DNA of 26,579 nucleotides from a virus: UHGV virus genome UHGV-1484038; one strand, 5' to 3'. Shown piece by piece: positions 16,904 to 26,299 of this stretch (position 1 is its first letter; each line of letters starts with the position of its first letter). The notes under the pieces were generated by a model. It saw only the letters and a program-made list of their open reading frames with translations, ran no database searches and was not told where the DNA came from. The position numbers and the translations under genes were made by a program.

Positions 16904-19160
16904 CGCAGATACGATTAAAGACTTCCTTGTTTCGCTGGGGTTCGATATCGATCAGGCTGGCGCTAATAAGTTCGAAGCCGTGCTGAAAGGCGTTACCGCG
17001 AACGTTCTGAAGGTAGGCGCGGTGGTGGAAGGCGCAGCGCTGAGCATTGTCGGATTTACCACCCAGATTGCGAATGGTCTGGATAAAATTTACTGGGCAT
17101 CCCAGCGGACGGGGGCCAGCGTCCAGGGCATTAAGGCTCTGGGCTACGCCGCATCGCAAACCGGTGCCAGCGCAGAGTCGGCTATGTCCTCCCTCGAAGG
17201 GCTGGCCGGTTTCATGCGTAGCAATCCGGGGGCGGAAGGCTTCCTGAACCGTCTGGGCGTTCAGACCCGCGATGCCAGCGGAAAGATGCGTGATACTGCG
17301 GCCATCTTTACTGGCGTTGGGCAAAAGCTCAACAACATGCCGTATTACCGCGCGAAGCAATACGCGCAGATGCTTGGCATCGATGAAAACACGCTGATGG
17401 CGATGCGTCGCGGCATGAATGGATTTACCGCCGATTACCAGTCGATGCTGCAAAAGACGGGGTTCAACGCTGATAAAGCGGCTGTTCAGTCCAACAAATT
17501 CATGACGTCCATGCGCGGGCTTACGTCGCTGTTCGGCATCATGCGGGACAAGATCGGCTCAAACCTCGCTGGTGGCCTGGCTGGTTCGCTGGACAGCCTG
17601 CGGCGGCGCATCCTCGACAATTTCCCGAAGATTGAAGAGACGCTGACCAGAGTTATTAAAGGCGTGATCTGGCTTGCGAACGCATTCACGAGAATGGCGT
17701 GGCGGCTGATACAGGGCGCTGGCTCTGTCATCGACTGGTGGAAGCGTCTTGACGATGGCAGTAAAAATCTGCTGAAAATATTCGGTGCTCTACTTGTCGC
17801 ATGGCGTCTGCTTAATTCTGCGTTCCTGAAATCCCCGATTGGAATTATCACCACGCTGATTCTGGCGATCGGATTACTCTATGACGATTATCAGACGTGG
17901 AAAGAAGGCGGTAAAAGCCTGATTGACTGGTCCAAGTGGGAGCCTGCAATAGAAAAGGCGAAAAAGGCAATTCTCTGGCTGCGCGATAAGCTTCTGGGGC
18001 TGAAAGATTCTGTTGGTGGATGGCAGAACTCGCTGGAAATTTTGGCTACTTTCATCGCTGGGGTATGGGTAACAAAAGTATTGGGAGCATTCGCAAAAAT
18101 ATCCGGTCTTCCGATACCTCCATGGCTTAAATTATGGGGAGCGTATGCTGGTTACCTGGTTTCAGATCGTGAAAACATAAAAGCCAGTGCTAAATCATCT
18201 TTGGACTATACCAAAAGGAACATTGGTGATGCTCTTGCTACGGTTGGCATCAAAACCGACCTTGGGCGAAAAGATGTTAGCGAGGTAAGAGAATGGCCCG
18301 CATGGATGGATTGGCTGCATGGTGGCCCAGGTAAGATTATTCGTCAGGCGCAAAGCAATGGCGTCGTTTATGGCGATAATGTTCAGCCTGACATTCCCGG
18401 GGCGGAACAGCATGTTCGTAGTAATGAAATTGCCCCGCATGAAAGAGATGAAATAAAAAACCGTCAGCAGGCTGCTAATGGTTATCTTGAAAAAATCTCA
18501 GACGGGATTGCCAAAATCGGTAATTTATTTTTCTCCCCGGTTGGAGCTGCTGAAATCTCTCCAAATATATCGGGTGACCCCTCCCAGTTTGCGCAATCAG
18601 TCAAACGTCCACAGGCCACAGCCCAGGGCAAAGTATTGCTCGACTGGATGGGGCCAATGTTCAATAAACTTGAGTCGCTTTATCAACTTCCAGCTGGTCT
18701 ATTGAAAAGTGTGGCGATAACCGAGTCAGGTGGTAACCAGTTCGCCATGTCCGGCGCAGGCGCGAAAGGTCTGTTTCAGTTTATGGATGGTACGGCGCGC
18801 GACATGGGCCTTCGCGGAAACGATGTATTCGACCCGCAAAAGTCAGCTCAGGCCGCAGCTAAGTACCTCAGCCAGCTGTTGCGGCAGAACGGCGGAGACC
18901 TTAGCAAAGCACTGGCATCATATAACTGGGGGATCGGGAATGTTAAGCGCTATGGCATGGGGTTAATGCCGCAGGAAACGCGTAACTACATTCCGAAAGT
19001 AATGAGCAACATGCCCACCAGCGCCCCGGTGATTCAGCAGGAAACGAATATTAACATCCACGGCGTTTCCGATCCTCGCGAAGCTGCCCGTTTGACTGTT
19101 GACCGTCAAAAGGGTGTGAATTCACAGTTAACCCAGCAACTCCCCGCAGGACCGAGATAA
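16893..19160 (+). CDS. Tail tape measure protein with C-terminal lytic transglycosylase (SLT) domain
   Basis: 755-aa protein after the chaperone, with hydrophobic segments in the middle and an SLT-like region (...VAITESGGNQFAMSGAGAKGLFQFMDGTARDMGL...ASYNWGIGNV). Confidence 0.85.
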   Translation: MSGNADTIKDFLVSLGFDIDQAGANKFEAVLKGVTANVLKVGAVVEGAALSIVGFTTQIANGLDKIYWASQRTGASVQGIKALGYAASQTGASAESAMSSLEGLAGFMRSNPGAEGFLNRLGVQTRDASGKMRDTAAIFTGVGQKLNNMPYYRAKQYAQMLGIDENTLMAMRRGMNGFTADYQSMLQKTGFNADKAAVQSNKFMTSMRGLTSLFGIMRDKIGSNLAGGLAGSLDSLRRRILDNFPKIEETLTRVIKGVIWLANAFTRMAWRLIQGAGSVIDWWKRLDDGSKNLLKIFGALLVAWRLLNSAFLKSPIGIITTLILAIGLLYDDYQTWKEGGKSLIDWSKWEPAIEKAKKAILWLRDKLLGLKDSVGGWQNSLEILATFIAGVWVTKVLGAFAKISGLPIPPWLKLWGAYAGYLVSDRENIKASAKSSLDYTKRNIGDALATVGIKTDLGRKDVSEVREWPAWMDWLHGGPGKIIRQAQSNGVVYGDNVQPDIPGAEQHVRSNEIAPHERDEIKNRQQAANGYLEKISDGIAKIGNLFFSPVGAAEISPNISGDPSQFAQSVKRPQATAQGKVLLDWMGPMFNKLESLYQLPAGLLKSVAITESGGNQFAMSGAGAKGLFQFMDGTARDMGLRGNDVFDPQKSAQAAAKYLSQLLRQNGGDLSKALASYNWGIGNVKRYGMGLMPQETRNYIPKVMSNMPTSAPVIQQETNINIHGVSDPREAARLTVDRQKGVNSQLTQQLPAGPR

Positions 19161-19786
19161 TGGATATTTTATCAGCGATTTTTCGCCAGCAATCCCGGCG
19201 AATTGGAATATTAATCCCCAGCGTGGTTGTTTCTGAAAAGCATTCTGATGCGCTCGAAATTACTGAGCACCCGGTGGAGAAGCCAACAACGAATAGCGCG
19301 TCGGGTTTCATCGCCGATCATGCGTATAAGCGCCCAAGCGAAGTCACGATGGAATGCGGCTTCGCTGGGGGCGGTTCGTTGCTGGACTTCATTGATACAT
19401 CTTCAATCGGTCTTAGCGCTGGGCTTAGCCCAAAGGAGACATACCAAAAGCTGCTGGATATGCAGCTTGAGCGCGTACCGTTCGATGTGGTTACCGGGAA
19501 GAGGGTGTACACCAATATGCTGGTGCGAGCCATTGAGGTGACGACCGATAAAACCAGCGAGAACGTGCTGAACTGCACGCTTACCCTGCGTGAAGTCATC
19601 ATAACGCATACAAAAAATGTCACCGTTGCTGATAAATCCGATATGCAGGACGGGGTTAGTACATCTGCGGTGCAGAATTCCGGGACTAAATCCACCACCC
19701 CAGTAAATGAATCGGTAATTAAGTCAACAGGGTGGTTTGATGGACTAAAAGGAACCAGACTTGGTAACTCTATAGGTATCCAATGA
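19160..19786 (+). CDS. Putative tail/baseplate protein
   Basis: 208-aa ORF with ATGA coupling to the tape measure stop, between the tape measure and baseplate genes. Confidence 0.55.
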   Translation: MDILSAIFRQQSRRIGILIPSVVVSEKHSDALEITEHPVEKPTTNSASGFIADHAYKRPSEVTMECGFAGGGSLLDFIDTSSIGLSAGLSPKETYQKLLDMQLERVPFDVVTGKRVYTNMLVRAIEVTTDKTSENVLNCTLTLREVIITHTKNVTVADKSDMQDGVSTSAVQNSGTKSTTPVNESVIKSTGWFDGLKGTRLGNSIGIQ

Positions 19787-20088
19787 ATGTAACTGAAATC
19801 CCTTTATCGCCGGATAACCAGCTATTTCGCATTCAGTTAGCAGAGACAACATACACGCTGAGAGTCATTTGGCGTGATTCTGCTGGCTGGATTCTGGATG
19901 TACAAGATAGCAGTGGCAAACCGCTTCTTTCTGGTGTGCCGCTGGTAACCGGTGTAAATCTTCTTGAGCAATATCCTCAACTAGGTATTAACGGGGCGCT
20001 GCTCGTTGGCTGCGATGTAGGCGCACCGGACGAGCCCACCAAAACCAACCTCGGCACACACAGCCACCTCATTTTCGTGCAGGAGTAG
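19783..20088 (+). CDS. Putative small tail/baseplate protein
   Basis: 101-aa ORF translationally coupled to its neighbours in the baseplate block. Confidence 0.5.
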   Translation: MNVTEIPLSPDNQLFRIQLAETTYTLRVIWRDSAGWILDVQDSSGKPLLSGVPLVTGVNLLEQYPQLGINGALLVGCDVGAPDEPTKTNLGTHSHLIFVQE

Positions 20089-20090
20089 AA

Positions 20091-21152
20091 ATGTCTCTTA
20101 ACTGGATGCGCCATTTTGAGTTGCAGCTGTTGGACCAGAACGGGCAGGGCGTTTCCCTGTCTGATTTTAAGGTCACGTTCCAGATCGAGTGGGCAGATAC
20201 ACGCTGGCCGCGAGTGGCGAACGTGAAAATTTACAACCTTTCGACCGATACCACGAACAAGATACTGGGGCAGGAGTTTGCAAAAATTCGCATCATTGCC
20301 GGGTATGACGGTATTGCGCCGGATGTTGATGCGAGCCAGGTTGGTGTCGCCCGGGAGATTTCACCAGACCAGGTAGGGCAGGTGAACGGTCAGAACTACG
20401 GCCTGATATTTGACGGTGATATTCGCTTCACCGTCACCGGGAAGGACAACATCACCGATTCCTGGGTGCTGATTCAGGCCATCAGTAACCACGAAGCGTT
20501 CCTCTACGCGACTACCATCACCACGCTTGCCGCTGGTTATACCGTTGCGGATCTGCACCGGGCGACGATGCAGGATTTCAACGCGTTCGGCGTGACACAG
20601 GGCATTACCGGCGATTTTCCTGATACCGTGTTTCCTCGTGGCCGTGCGATTTACTCATCCAGCCGCAACGTGATGGATAATATTGCTGCGCAGTGCAAAG
20701 CGACATGGCAACTGGTGGATGGTCAGGTCCAGATGGTGCCGGAGGATAAATATATTCACGAAGCCATTGTGTTGAATGCCGATACTGGCCTGATCGGTAT
20801 GCCGCAACAGACGATGGGCGGCGGCGTAAATGTGCGGTGTCTGATAAACCCCAACATCCGCATTAATGGTCTTATCCAGCTCGATCAGGCTTCGGTGTAC
20901 CGCGCCGCGCTCGGTAATAGCGAAATCGCTCAGTCGCCCGGGCGCATCACCGAAACAGAAGAGAACGGTAACCGTGTGTTGACCGGCACAACGTCACAGG
21001 CAGCCAGCATTGCGACGGATGGCGTTTATATCGTCAAAGCTATCGACTATACTGGCGACACTAGAGGTCAGGCGTGGTACATGGATTTGATGTGCTTCGC
21101 GCGTGGCAGCCGCGATTTGCAGAGTAACGCATCACTTAACCGGACGTTTTAA
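20091..21152 (+). CDS. Putative baseplate hub / tail protein (P2 gpD-like, Mu gp44-like position)
   Basis: 353-aa protein upstream of the V/W/J/I-like baseplate genes. Assignment is by position and size. Confidence 0.6.
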   Translation: MSLNWMRHFELQLLDQNGQGVSLSDFKVTFQIEWADTRWPRVANVKIYNLSTDTTNKILGQEFAKIRIIAGYDGIAPDVDASQVGVAREISPDQVGQVNGQNYGLIFDGDIRFTVTGKDNITDSWVLIQAISNHEAFLYATTITTLAAGYTVADLHRATMQDFNAFGVTQGITGDFPDTVFPRGRAIYSSSRNVMDNIAAQCKATWQLVDGQVQMVPEDKYIHEAIVLNADTGLIGMPQQTMGGGVNVRCLINPNIRINGLIQLDQASVYRAALGNSEIAQSPGRITETEENGNRVLTGTTSQAASIATDGVYIVKAIDYTGDTRGQAWYMDLMCFARGSRDLQSNASLNRTF

Positions 21153-21155
21153 AAA

Positions 21156-21506
21156 ATGAAAAAACTCATCCTGATGATTGCTTGCAGCTCTTTTGCCTTG
21201 GCGGGCGTGGCTCATGCTGATTCCCAGTGTGGGCCTTTCCACTTGGGCACGAGCCCGACAAATGATGGATGGGCACGCATTAACGGTGCGAAGCCTGAAA
21301 GTCAGAAGGTAACGTTCCTTAAGCAAAAAGAAGACTACGAGAACATTAAGATGGAATGGCGCATGGCTACTGACCAGCCTGGCCGGTGGGTAGGGCTCGA
21401 ATACATCAAGCGTAACGGCAAAGCCATTCTCAACGCTCAGTGGCTGCAAGCAAACATGAACGCTCCACGTCAGTATGCTACTTACGACTGTATAAAAGTT
21501 AACTGA
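21156..21506 (+). CDS. Small secreted protein (Sec signal peptide), moron gene 1
   Basis: MKKLILMIACSSFALAGVAHA|DSQ... has an n-region, hydrophobic core and AHA-D signal peptidase I site. Mature part has two Cys (near both ends). GC is below the flanking tail genes. Confidence 0.6.
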   Translation: MKKLILMIACSSFALAGVAHADSQCGPFHLGTSPTNDGWARINGAKPESQKVTFLKQKEDYENIKMEWRMATDQPGRWVGLEYIKRNGKAILNAQWLQANMNAPRQYATYDCIKVN

Positions 21507-21525
21507 TTACTACATCGAGGAAAAA

Positions 21526-21912
21526 ATGATTCGAATTTTACTTATGCTAGGGATGGTGCTTACATCTTTCATTTCGAATGCAGAAGTTAAGATAAGTTAT
21601 GATCAATTGACGGGTAGCCAGTCAGTGAAGGGACTGAGCGACGCCAATCTTGAGGGGTGTGAACTTCATGAAGGTTTGGCAGTGGCAAAAGGAACACAGT
21701 ATTCTGACAGTGGAGCCACTATAAAATTAATAAGATTCCAGGGTGTTGGTAGTAAAGTTTTTGTCATTCCTACTGGCTTTGAAGAATTATCAAAAAATGA
21801 TAACGATATAGTTAATAGCATGATTAATATTGGTGAGCCTTATTTTATTAGGTTTACAGCTTGTGGTAGTGGTGGTTTTTTAAAATTAGTTGACCTTTAT
21901 AAGATAGGTTAA
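21526..21912 (+). CDS. Small secreted protein (Sec signal peptide), moron gene 2
   Basis: MIRILLMLGMVLTSFISNA|EVK... signal peptide; GAGG Shine-Dalgarno upstream. Clearly AT-rich (roughly 35% GC by eye) compared with about 55% in adjacent tail genes. Confidence 0.6.
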   Translation: MIRILLMLGMVLTSFISNAEVKISYDQLTGSQSVKGLSDANLEGCELHEGLAVAKGTQYSDSGATIKLIRFQGVGSKVFVIPTGFEELSKNDNDIVNSMINIGEPYFIRFTACGSGGFLKLVDLYKIG

Positions 21913-21931
21913 AATATACATGTTTTAGATA

Positions 21932-21955
21932 AGCCGCATACAGCGGCTTTTTTTA
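21932..21955 (+). terminator. Intrinsic terminator after the moron cassette
   Basis: AGCCGC-ATACA-GCGGCT perfect hairpin followed by TTTTTTT, read directly, 20 nt after the stop of moron gene 2. Confidence 0.65.
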
Positions 21956-21965
21956 TGGGGTTTTT

Positions 21966-22706
21966 ATGCCAATTCCAACTCAATCACAGATCGGCGGCGA
22001 GCAGCAGACCGCCCAGGCCATTGCCGATTCAGTGTCTACCCAAATGCGCGTAGCAATGCCTGGCATCATTCAGTCGTTCGATCCTGACGCTGTAACCTGC
22101 ACAGTAGAAGTGGCGCTTCGCGGTATTGTTGGCGATGGCTCCACCGAATTAAAACCGCTGGTGGATGTGCCGGTTATCTTTCCGCGCGGCGGCGGTTGCA
22201 CGCTGACCTTTCCGGTAAAAGAAGGCGATGAGTGCCTGCTGATCTTTGCCGACCGTTGCATCGATTTCTGGTGGCAGAGCGGCGGCGTTCAGGAGACCGT
22301 CGACCCGCGCCAGCATGACTTATCTGATGCGTTCGCCATCGTTGGCCCGCAGTCGCAAGCGCAAAAAATCAGCGGTATAAGTACCAGCGCCGCGCAGCTG
22401 CGAACCGATGATGGTGCGGCGTTCGTAGAGGTTTCCGCAGGACATAACATCACCGTTCAAACACCGGGCCAGCTCACGGCTACGGCTGAAGGTGGAACGA
22501 CAATCACATCCCCGACTATCACGCTGAACGGCAACGTAACGATTAACGGTAACCTGTCTCAGGGAATGGGAGAAAGTGGTGGTACTGCGACGATGCTTGG
22601 GCCGGTTACGGTAACGAATGACGTAACAGCTTCTGGTATCAGTGTCGCCACGCATAAACATGGCGGAGTACAGACTGGCGGGGGAACTACCGGAGGGCCG
22701 CAATAA
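21966..22706 (+). CDS. Baseplate assembly protein V / central spike (Mu gp45-like)
   Basis: 246-aa protein with Gly/Thr-rich beta-helix-like C-terminal repeats (TITSPTITLNGNVTINGNL...THKHGGVQTGGGTTGGP), typical of gpV spike proteins, followed by W/J/I-like genes. Confidence 0.75.
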   Translation: MPIPTQSQIGGEQQTAQAIADSVSTQMRVAMPGIIQSFDPDAVTCTVEVALRGIVGDGSTELKPLVDVPVIFPRGGGCTLTFPVKEGDECLLIFADRCIDFWWQSGGVQETVDPRQHDLSDAFAIVGPQSQAQKISGISTSAAQLRTDDGAAFVEVSAGHNITVQTPGQLTATAEGGTTITSPTITLNGNVTINGNLSQGMGESGGTATMLGPVTVTNDVTASGISVATHKHGGVQTGGGTTGGPQ

Positions 22707-23059
22707 TGCGATACCGTCGCGAAGATACTGAAGGCGATTACACTTTCGGCCAGGGTGACGATACTTTCCTTATCGACAGTCCGGAATGTGTCGCCCAGGC
22801 CGTAAAAACCCGTTTCGAGCTGTGGCGCGGTCAGTGGTTTCTCGATCTGACGGAAGGCACGCCGTATGTTCAGTCAGTGCTTGGGAAGCAGCGATCAGAT
22901 GTCTACATCCTGGCTATACGCGAACGCATACAGGATACACCGGGCGTTCTGTCGATTCTTTCCTTCGATACCAATTATGACGGCACCAGCCGTCGCGTCA
23001 CCTTCACTTCCTCCATTGACACAATCTACGGCCAGACGACTGTAACAAGCGAGGCATAA
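22706..23059 (+). CDS. Baseplate protein W (GPW/gp25 family)
   Basis: 117-aa protein in the conserved position between the V-like and J-like genes; size and composition fit the gp25/GPW family. Confidence 0.75.
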   Translation: MRYRREDTEGDYTFGQGDDTFLIDSPECVAQAVKTRFELWRGQWFLDLTEGTPYVQSVLGKQRSDVYILAIRERIQDTPGVLSILSFDTNYDGTSRRVTFTSSIDTIYGQTTVTSEA

Positions 23060-24259
23060 ATGGCTTTGAACCTCGACACGCTGGGGCTATCGGCAACGGT
23101 AACCGCCCAGGGGATTAGTGCGCCTGATTACCAGACAATCCTAGATACACTGACCAGCTATTTCAGGCAGATTTACGGTAGTGATGCCTACCTCGAACCA
23201 GACAGCAAAGACGGGCAGATGGTCGCGCTGGTGGCTCTTGCCGTGCATGACGCTAACAACACCGCTATCGGGATCTACAACTCTTTTTCACCGACGACAG
23301 CGCAGGCCGCAGCGCTTAGCAGCAATGTGAAAATTAACGGGATCACGCGAAAAGTAGCGACAAACTCTACTGCTGACCTTCTGTTAACCGGTACGGCAGG
23401 CACGACTATCACGAATGGCTCCGCACGGGATAAAAACGGCATTATCTGGAATTTTCCAGCGAGTGTGGCGATCGGCGTTGATGGTACTGTGCTGGTGACG
23501 GCCACATGTGCGAATAGCGGTTCGGTTGCGGCGCTGGCCGGGACTATTACCACTATCAACACCCCGACCCGAGGTTGGGTGTCGGTAACCAATCCAGTTG
23601 CGGCTACTGTCGGTTCACCAGCTGAAACCGACGCAGAGCTGCGCATTCGGCAGGGGCAAAGCGTCGCGCTACCATCGATCACACCGTTTGAAGGTGTCGA
23701 CGGTGCTATTGCTAATGTTAATGGCGTGACACGTCACAAACTGTACGAGAATGACACTGGCTCGACAGATAGCAACGGGCTGCCGCCTCATTCCATTTCT
23801 GCGATTGTTGACGGCGGTGATGTGACAGAAATCGCCCAGACTATCAGGGGCAATAAAGGGCAGGGAACAGCAACTTACGGGAAAACTTCTGTCACGGTGC
23901 CAGATACTTACGGTAATCCCCACGTCATTAACTTTTCGCGCTCGACCGACGTACCGATTTTCGTAGCCATTACCCTGAAAGTTTTTACCGGGTATACCTC
24001 TCAAATCGGCGAGCAGATCAAACAGGCTGTTGCCGATTATATTAATGGCCTGACAATTGGCGACGACGTGCTGCTGAGCCGTATTTATTCCCCGGCAAAC
24101 CTTGGCGTGGTGAGCGGCGGAAATGCCCGCTATTACGATATTACCGACCTGCTGATCGGTAAGTCATCAGGCAGCGTATCGGCATCAAACATTGATATTG
24201 CCTATGATGCTTCGGCGTCCTGTAGCACCGCGAATATCAGTATCACGGTGACCTCATGA
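23060..24259 (+). CDS. Baseplate J-like protein (Mu gp47-like)
   Basis: 399-aa protein following the W-like gene, as in P2/Mu baseplate operons. Confidence 0.8.
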   Translation: MALNLDTLGLSATVTAQGISAPDYQTILDTLTSYFRQIYGSDAYLEPDSKDGQMVALVALAVHDANNTAIGIYNSFSPTTAQAAALSSNVKINGITRKVATNSTADLLLTGTAGTTITNGSARDKNGIIWNFPASVAIGVDGTVLVTATCANSGSVAALAGTITTINTPTRGWVSVTNPVAATVGSPAETDAELRIRQGQSVALPSITPFEGVDGAIANVNGVTRHKLYENDTGSTDSNGLPPHSISAIVDGGDVTEIAQTIRGNKGQGTATYGKTSVTVPDTYGNPHVINFSRSTDVPIFVAITLKVFTGYTSQIGEQIKQAVADYINGLTIGDDVLLSRIYSPANLGVVSGGNARYYDITDLLIGKSSGSVSASNIDIAYDASASCSTANISITVTS

Positions 24260-24936
24260 GCAAATACACCGAACTGATCACTAACTACCACGCTACCAAG
24301 CCACTCTTTTTTGACCATATAGATCTGAGCACCCGCCCGCTGATTGATGTGTCCAGCACTATGTCAGGGCTTATAACAGCCTTCGATATTGATACTGCTG
24401 TCGGTGTACAGCTCGACATCCTCGGTCTGTGGATCGGACGCAGTCGCATAGTCAGCCAGCCAATTAGCGGAGTTTATTTCAGCTGGGACACTGACGGGCT
24501 CGGATATGACCAGGGCATCTGGCAAGGGCCATATGATCCTGATTCTGGCTATACGACGCTGAGTGATGAGACGTACCGCATCATTCTGAAAGCGAAAATC
24601 GCTATCAACAACTGGGATGGTCGGAACGACTCTCTGCCTCCCATCCTTGACGCTGCTACCGCAGGCTCTGGACTGAAGATGCAGATCGTCGATAACCAGG
24701 ACATGACGATATCGGTCTGGGTTTTTCCCGAGACTGATATTTCTGATGTGTCACTCGAACTGATAGCCGCTATCAAACAGGGTTATCTCACCGTTAAAGC
24801 TGCTGGTGTATGGGCTGGCGGCGTTGAAACACCCTCGGTCGAAACACCGTCCGAAGGAACAAAATTCTTTGGATTTGACATGGATAACGAATACATCGCC
24901 GGTTTTGATGACGGCGCATGGGGGAGATTACTTTAA
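24256..24936 (+). CDS. Tail protein I-like (Mu gp48-like baseplate/fibre attachment protein)
   Basis: 226-aa protein, ATGA coupled to the J-like gene and TAATG coupled to the fibre gene. Confidence 0.7.
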   Translation: MSKYTELITNYHATKPLFFDHIDLSTRPLIDVSSTMSGLITAFDIDTAVGVQLDILGLWIGRSRIVSQPISGVYFSWDTDGLGYDQGIWQGPYDPDSGYTTLSDETYRIILKAKIAINNWDGRNDSLPPILDAATAGSGLKMQIVDNQDMTISVWVFPETDISDVSLELIAAIKQGYLTVKAAGVWAGGVETPSVETPSEGTKFFGFDMDNEYIAGFDDGAWGRLL

Positions 24937-25694
24937 TGGCTGGAACTAATGATTTTAAAGCGTTTGCGACAGATGCTAATGCAAATGTTACCTCGCAGGA
25001 GGAATGGGAGACGCTAACCGCACTGAAGAAAGGATTCTCCTCGGGTAAAGCATCCAGCGCACAGGTCAGTAAAGCGCTGCGCCAACCGTCGACGATGGCG
25101 GCTGTACTGGGGCAGTTTATCGCGAACGCCGAACTGGACGCGCTCGATGATGGTGACGTTGATGGACTGGTGGCAAAGCTGGCGACAGCGATTACCACAA
25201 ACCTTGGTTTAGGAGCAGGTGCACCACCGATAGGAGTTCCATTTTTTTGGCCGTCTTCTGCCATGCCAAATACCGTGATGCCGGAATGGGCCGACATGGT
25301 GTTCCTTAAGTTTAACGACTCAACATTTTCCCCTACCACTTACCCAAAATTGGCCCTTGTTTGGCCGGGCCTGAAATTGCCAGATCTGCGAGGAGAGTTT
25401 CTGCGTGTCTGGGATGATGGACGTGGGATAGATAATGGGCGAACCCTGCTTTCACCGCAGGGAGACGCCATTCAGAATGTTACTGGTTATCTCCTTGATC
25501 TTTATACAGGGGTAAATACAGATGCGTTGGGGGTATTTTCTCGCAGCGTTGTTCAGGGCAATCTGACCCCCCCGGCACAAGGCGGAACCGTATCAACTTC
25601 TACATTCAATTTTGATTTATCGAGGGTTGCCAGAACATCCACGGAAAGCCGCCCAAGAAATATTGCATTCAACTTTCTTGTAAGGGCTAAATAA
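24936..25694 (+). CDS. Tail fibre protein with phage tail-collar motif
   Basis: Start set at ATG 24936 (TAATG coupling) rather than ORF-track 24918. Contains ...GLKLPDLRGEFLRVWDDGRGIDNGR..., the tail-collar consensus, and is followed by a Tfa gene. Confidence 0.7.
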   Translation: MAGTNDFKAFATDANANVTSQEEWETLTALKKGFSSGKASSAQVSKALRQPSTMAAVLGQFIANAELDALDDGDVDGLVAKLATAITTNLGLGAGAPPIGVPFFWPSSAMPNTVMPEWADMVFLKFNDSTFSPTTYPKLALVWPGLKLPDLRGEFLRVWDDGRGIDNGRTLLSPQGDAIQNVTGYLLDLYTGVNTDALGVFSRSVVQGNLTPPAQGGTVSTSTFNFDLSRVARTSTESRPRNIAFNFLVRAK

Positions 25695-26299
25695 TGAAAC
25701 CTGTTTTCGATGTAAACGGACTGGCAACAGAACCGGGTGAAATCCGCTGTTATTACTACGACGCTGTGACTTCTGAATATATGGGATGGTCTGACGAGTT
25801 TATTAACATCGGTGTCAGTATGCCCGGATGCTCTACGGCGATAGAACCAGGGGCCGAAGCAGGAGGGAAGGTATTTATTTTTTCTGGATCTGAGTGGGTG
25901 CTTAAAGAAGACCATCGTGGAGAAACAGCATACACCACCAGTAACGGGAAGCCGGTGACTATCGAATATATTGGACCGTTGCGTGAAGGCTTTACTTTTG
26001 AAGCACCAACTACAAAGTTTGATAAATGGGATGGTAATAAATGGGTTGCCGATCCCGAAGCTCAGCGCGCATATGATATTTCTGTGGCGGCAACAAAACT
26101 ACAGGCGCTGATTAGCCAGGCCAATGACTTTATGAATGGTAAGCAATGGCCTGGTAAAGCAGCAATGGGTCGCCTGAAGGACGCAGAAAAAGAACAATAT
26201 AATGCCTGGCTTGATTATCTGGATGCGCTGGAGGGCGTTGATACCGCCAGCGCACCGGATATTGAATGGCCTACGCCTCCGGAAGTTCAGGCCAGATGA
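25694..26299 (+). CDS. tfa: Tail fibre assembly protein (Tfa)
   Basis: 201-aa protein with N-terminal MKPVFDVNGLA... and C-terminal ...QWPGKAAMGRLKDAEKEQYNAWLDYLDALEGVD... characteristic of Tfa chaperones. ATGA/TAATG-type coupling to the fibre gene. Confidence 0.8.
   Translation: MKPVFDVNGLATEPGEIRCYYYDAVTSEYMGWSDEFINIGVSMPGCSTAIEPGAEAGGKVFIFSGSEWVLKEDHRGETAYTTSNGKPVTIEYIGPLREGFTFEAPTTKFDKWDGNKWVADPEAQRAYDISVAATKLQALISQANDFMNGKQWPGKAAMGRLKDAEKEQYNAWLDYLDALEGVDTASAPDIEWPTPPEVQAR

Noticed and set aside
16830-17453. 207-aa minus-strand ORF overlapping the tape measure 5' end
   Set aside because: Antisense to the tape measure gene; His/Arg-rich composition typical of GC-rich antisense frames.
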